Assembly: GCA_903930435.1 (NCBI GenBank)
Contig: CAIYYN010000006.1
Location: 1 to 34,829 of the forward strand
DNA: 34,829 bases
From: an uncultured Hyphomicrobiales bacterium
Lineage (GTDB): Bacteria > Pseudomonadota > Alphaproteobacteria > Rhizobiales > Ancalomicrobiaceae
Direction of reading: 5' to 3'
In this document: positions 32,661 through 34,829 of the stretch, piece by piece
Layout of the letters: every line of letters starts with the position of its first letter
Position numbering within the stretch: the first letter of the stretch is position 1
The notes under the pieces: model-generated
What the model was told of the DNA's origin: nothing
The model's input: the letters and a program-made list of their open reading frames with translations, nothing else
Database searches by the model: none
Translations under genes and position numbers: made by a program

Positions 32661-32892
32661 CAGTCCGAAAAATCCGATTAATGTAAGCGGGCGCTCCGGT
32701 CTGGCGTACTTGCCATGTAAAAGACTATTTCGCTCAGAGCGCTATGAGCCTTTCTTAAACCGCCCTGTTTATGATCAAGCAACTGTAATGATGAATTTTC
32801 TCCAACTAATCCCAAATTAGAGAAATTCACACAAATTAACTTGTCAGTAGCAATGAGGGTTCGAGCCTGCCAACCGCTACGTCAGTAACCAT

Positions 32893-32922
32893 TGCAACGC
32901 TCACATAAACGTGCTGTATCAT
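32893..32922 (+). promoter_or_regulatory. candidate sigma70-like promoter (TTGCAA-N18-TATCAT) for the ATPase/RloB operon
   Basis: Hexamers read directly from the sequence ~65 nt upstream of ATG 32985, in an AT-rich leader. Confidence 0.25.
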
Positions 32923-32984
32923 TTTCTGGGCTATTTTTTCTAAAAAAATCGGGAAAAATAGCCGTTCAACGCGACGGGATTCTC

Positions 32985-34286
32985 ATGATTATCGACTTCA
33001 CTCTCAAGAACTTCCGATCATTTCGTGATGGGCACACGCTCAGCATGAACGTGGAAAAAAAGGGCACAACCCACTTCAACAATTTCTCGGAAGTGGCACA
33101 TGGTCGGCTCAGTGTTCTACGCACGGCTGGCATCTATGGTGCGAATGCCGCTGGGAAATCAAATGTTTTAATAGCGCTAAACGCGCTGCGGTGGATTATT
33201 GTTGAGTCTGGGGATCTGAAGGAAGGTGATAAAATTCCCCCATACGAGCCGTATAGGTTAAATGAACGTAATAAATCTGAACCGGTCGAGTTCGAGATCG
33301 AGTTCGTTGATTTGAGTGGTGCAAGATATTCTTATTTTGTCTCTTTCACGAATTCGAGAATTGTGGAGGAACGGCTATTTACATTTGGAAGCCGACTGCG
33401 CTCTAAGATATTTGAACGTGGCTCCCACGACACATGGGAAACTATCGAGTTTGGCGGAAATTATAAGGGTGGCATCAAGAAGTTATCGTTTTTTCCAAAT
33501 CAAAGCTATTTATCAAAAGCTGGAAATAATGCTGCTGCCCCAGATGCAATTCGAGAGATTTATCGCTACTTCAGAAGCTTTTCATTTGTCGGACACAATT
33601 CAGCTCCGCGCATACCGAGCTACTTTAACGATCATAGAAGGCATTCTCGAATTAATAAACTCCTTCCCCTTTTCGATACGGGCGTGGAAAAAGTATCTTT
33701 AGAAGAGAACAACAATCCACCGTTCATACCTGAATATTTTCCGGAAGAAGTAAAAAAGAAAATAATTGAATTTTCAAGCCAGAAGTTTGTGTTCTGGCAT
33801 AAGTCTGACGACGGTGATCTGGTTCAGTTCGAAGTAGATGACGAGTCGGATGGCACGCAACAAGTTTTTAATATACTACCTCTAATTGTCGAGTCGCTTC
33901 GGCGAGGGGGCGTGCTTATTATAGATGAGATTGAAAATAGTTTTCATCCTCATTTGGTCCAAACGATACTTCGTCTCTATAATGATCGTTTGGTTAACCG
34001 TCGCAACGCCCAACTAATCTTTACAACCCATGACACAAGCAGCCTTAGCGAAAACATCTTTCGTAGAGACCAGCTCTGGTTTGTCGAAAAGCGTAACGGC
34101 GCGTCATCCTTGTATTCTCTGGATGAGTTTGATAAGCGGAAGGTCACGCCCGACAGTCCGTTCAGCCTCTGGTATATGGATGGTCGTTTCGGTGCTGTTC
34201 CACAAATCAAGTATGCTGATATCGCAGCAGCGATAAACGAAGACATTTCTGACGAAAAAAGCGATCAAAGCGATGCCGAAAAATAG
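32985..34286 (+). CDS. AAA_21/ABC-type ATPase of an AbiL-like (AbiLi / OLD-family-like) two-gene defence module
   Basis: N-terminus MIIDFTLKNFRSF, Walker A GANAAGKSNVL, Walker B VLIIDEIENSFHPHL and H-loop LIFTTHDTSSL. The ~230-aa variable middle region is typical of AAA_15/AAA_21 defence ATPases. GC ~43% against ~62% genome background. ATG 32985 with a GGGA RBS. The track ORF starts at an upstream TTG. Confidence 0.8.
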   Translation: MIIDFTLKNFRSFRDGHTLSMNVEKKGTTHFNNFSEVAHGRLSVLRTAGIYGANAAGKSNVLIALNALRWIIVESGDLKEGDKIPPYEPYRLNERNKSEPVEFEIEFVDLSGARYSYFVSFTNSRIVEERLFTFGSRLRSKIFERGSHDTWETIEFGGNYKGGIKKLSFFPNQSYLSKAGNNAAAPDAIREIYRYFRSFSFVGHNSAPRIPSYFNDHRRHSRINKLLPLFDTGVEKVSLEENNNPPFIPEYFPEEVKKKIIEFSSQKFVFWHKSDDGDLVQFEVDDESDGTQQVFNILPLIVESLRRGGVLIIDEIENSFHPHLVQTILRLYNDRLVNRRNAQLIFTTHDTSSLSENIFRRDQLWFVEKRNGASSLYSLDEFDKRKVTPDSPFSLWYMDGRFGAVPQIKYADIAAAINEDISDEKSDQSDAEK

Positions 34287-34818
34287 GACAAGGCCTGAGA
34301 GGCAAATCAGAAATCTACTTCGAATATATTGTGAAGGGGAAAAATCGGAACCAGCTTATTTGTATGGCTATCTACAGTACATATCGTGTCCGGCTGGTCG
34401 AATTAAAATTGAACAATGCTTCAAGAATACACCAATTCAGTTAGTTGGCGCAGCTTGTGAAAAGAAGAAATCGAGAGATTCTTTGGACGGCGACATATTT
34501 TGGGTCGTTTACGATAGAGAGGCTGTAAGCGCTATCACTAATGCTACCCACGAAAGCGCGAGAGCAAAAGCTGAGGCTTTTGGAATTCAGATCGCCATAT
34601 CAAATATTTGCTTTGAATTGTGGCTGCTACTACATCTTGAAGATACGTGTGCGCCATATAATAGCTGTGACGAACTTTTAAAACAAAGCATGTTTAAAGA
34701 AAAATATAAAGAAGAGACCGGAGGATATTACGAAAAGAGCAATAGTGATACATTTCATAAATTGAAGCATAGGTTGCCCAATGCTCGGCTTAGAGCCAAA
34801 CGACTTATGAGGATATGA
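34273..34818 (+). CDS. RloB-family (Toprim-like, AbiLii-like) protein, partner of the upstream ATPase
   Basis: N-terminal LLRIYCEGEKSEPAYL (RloB CEGExTE motif), DGD (Toprim-like DxD) and ISNICFELWLLLHL (RloB SNPCFExWLLLHF motif). Start overlaps the ATPase stop by 14 nt. Low GC. Confidence 0.8.
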   Translation: MPKNRTRPERQIRNLLRIYCEGEKSEPAYLYGYLQYISCPAGRIKIEQCFKNTPIQLVGAACEKKKSRDSLDGDIFWVVYDREAVSAITNATHESARAKAEAFGIQIAISNICFELWLLLHLEDTCAPYNSCDELLKQSMFKEKYKEETGGYYEKSNSDTFHKLKHRLPNARLRAKRLMRI

Positions 34819-34829
34819 TAAAAGCCGCC

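Larger units (their letters stand above)
32661..34829. other. low-GC horizontally acquired segment (defence islet) starting immediately 3' of rsmD and running off the window end
   Basis: Abrupt compositional shift at ~32661 from ~62% GC to ~40-45% GC. Both encoded genes have defence-system hallmarks. The right boundary is not in the window. Confidence 0.7.

Noticed and set aside
32840-32870. GGTTCGAGCC motif resembling a tRNA T-loop/3' end, as a possible tRNA-derived att site
   Set aside because: The flanking bases cannot form a 5-bp T-stem (only 2-3 pairs), and there is no acceptor stem or CCA context. Not a tRNA or recognisable tRNA fragment.

Overview
High-GC (~62%) alphaproteobacterial, Rhizobiales-like chromosomal segment of core housekeeping genes, ending in a ~2.2 kb low-GC (~40-45%) insertion. 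The insertion encodes a two-gene AbiL-like module: an AAA_21/ABC-type ATPase translationally coupled to an RloB-family Toprim-like protein. Gene content from the start of the window: a truncated methyltransferase, a DUF2007 protein and divergent ispB. Then a complete aa3-type cytochrome c oxidase cluster on the minus strand: coxB-coxA-ctaB-small TM protein-ctaG-coxC-DUF983-SURF1. Next come an IalB-family protein, an SPFH-like membrane protein and tldD. An RND efflux pair follows (adaptor plus permease; no outer-membrane factor or regulator is visible). Then DUF2093 and the lpxK-waaA lipid A/Kdo genes, with a degraded msbA-like ABC ATPase remnant where msbA would be expected. The remaining genes are DUF4170, an inositol monophosphatase, pmbA, a conserved hypothetical, ubiA, purD, a haloacetate-dehalogenase-like alpha/beta hydrolase, a patatin-like phospholipase, tadA, an RluB-type pseudouridine synthase with a ~380-aa repetitive Arg/Gly-rich tail, and rsmD. 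The insertion begins immediately 3' of rsmD with an abrupt GC drop and runs off the window end. No integrase, tRNA or CRISPR array is visible. Many long ORFs in the six-frame track are antisense artefacts of the high-GC coding regions and are not reported.
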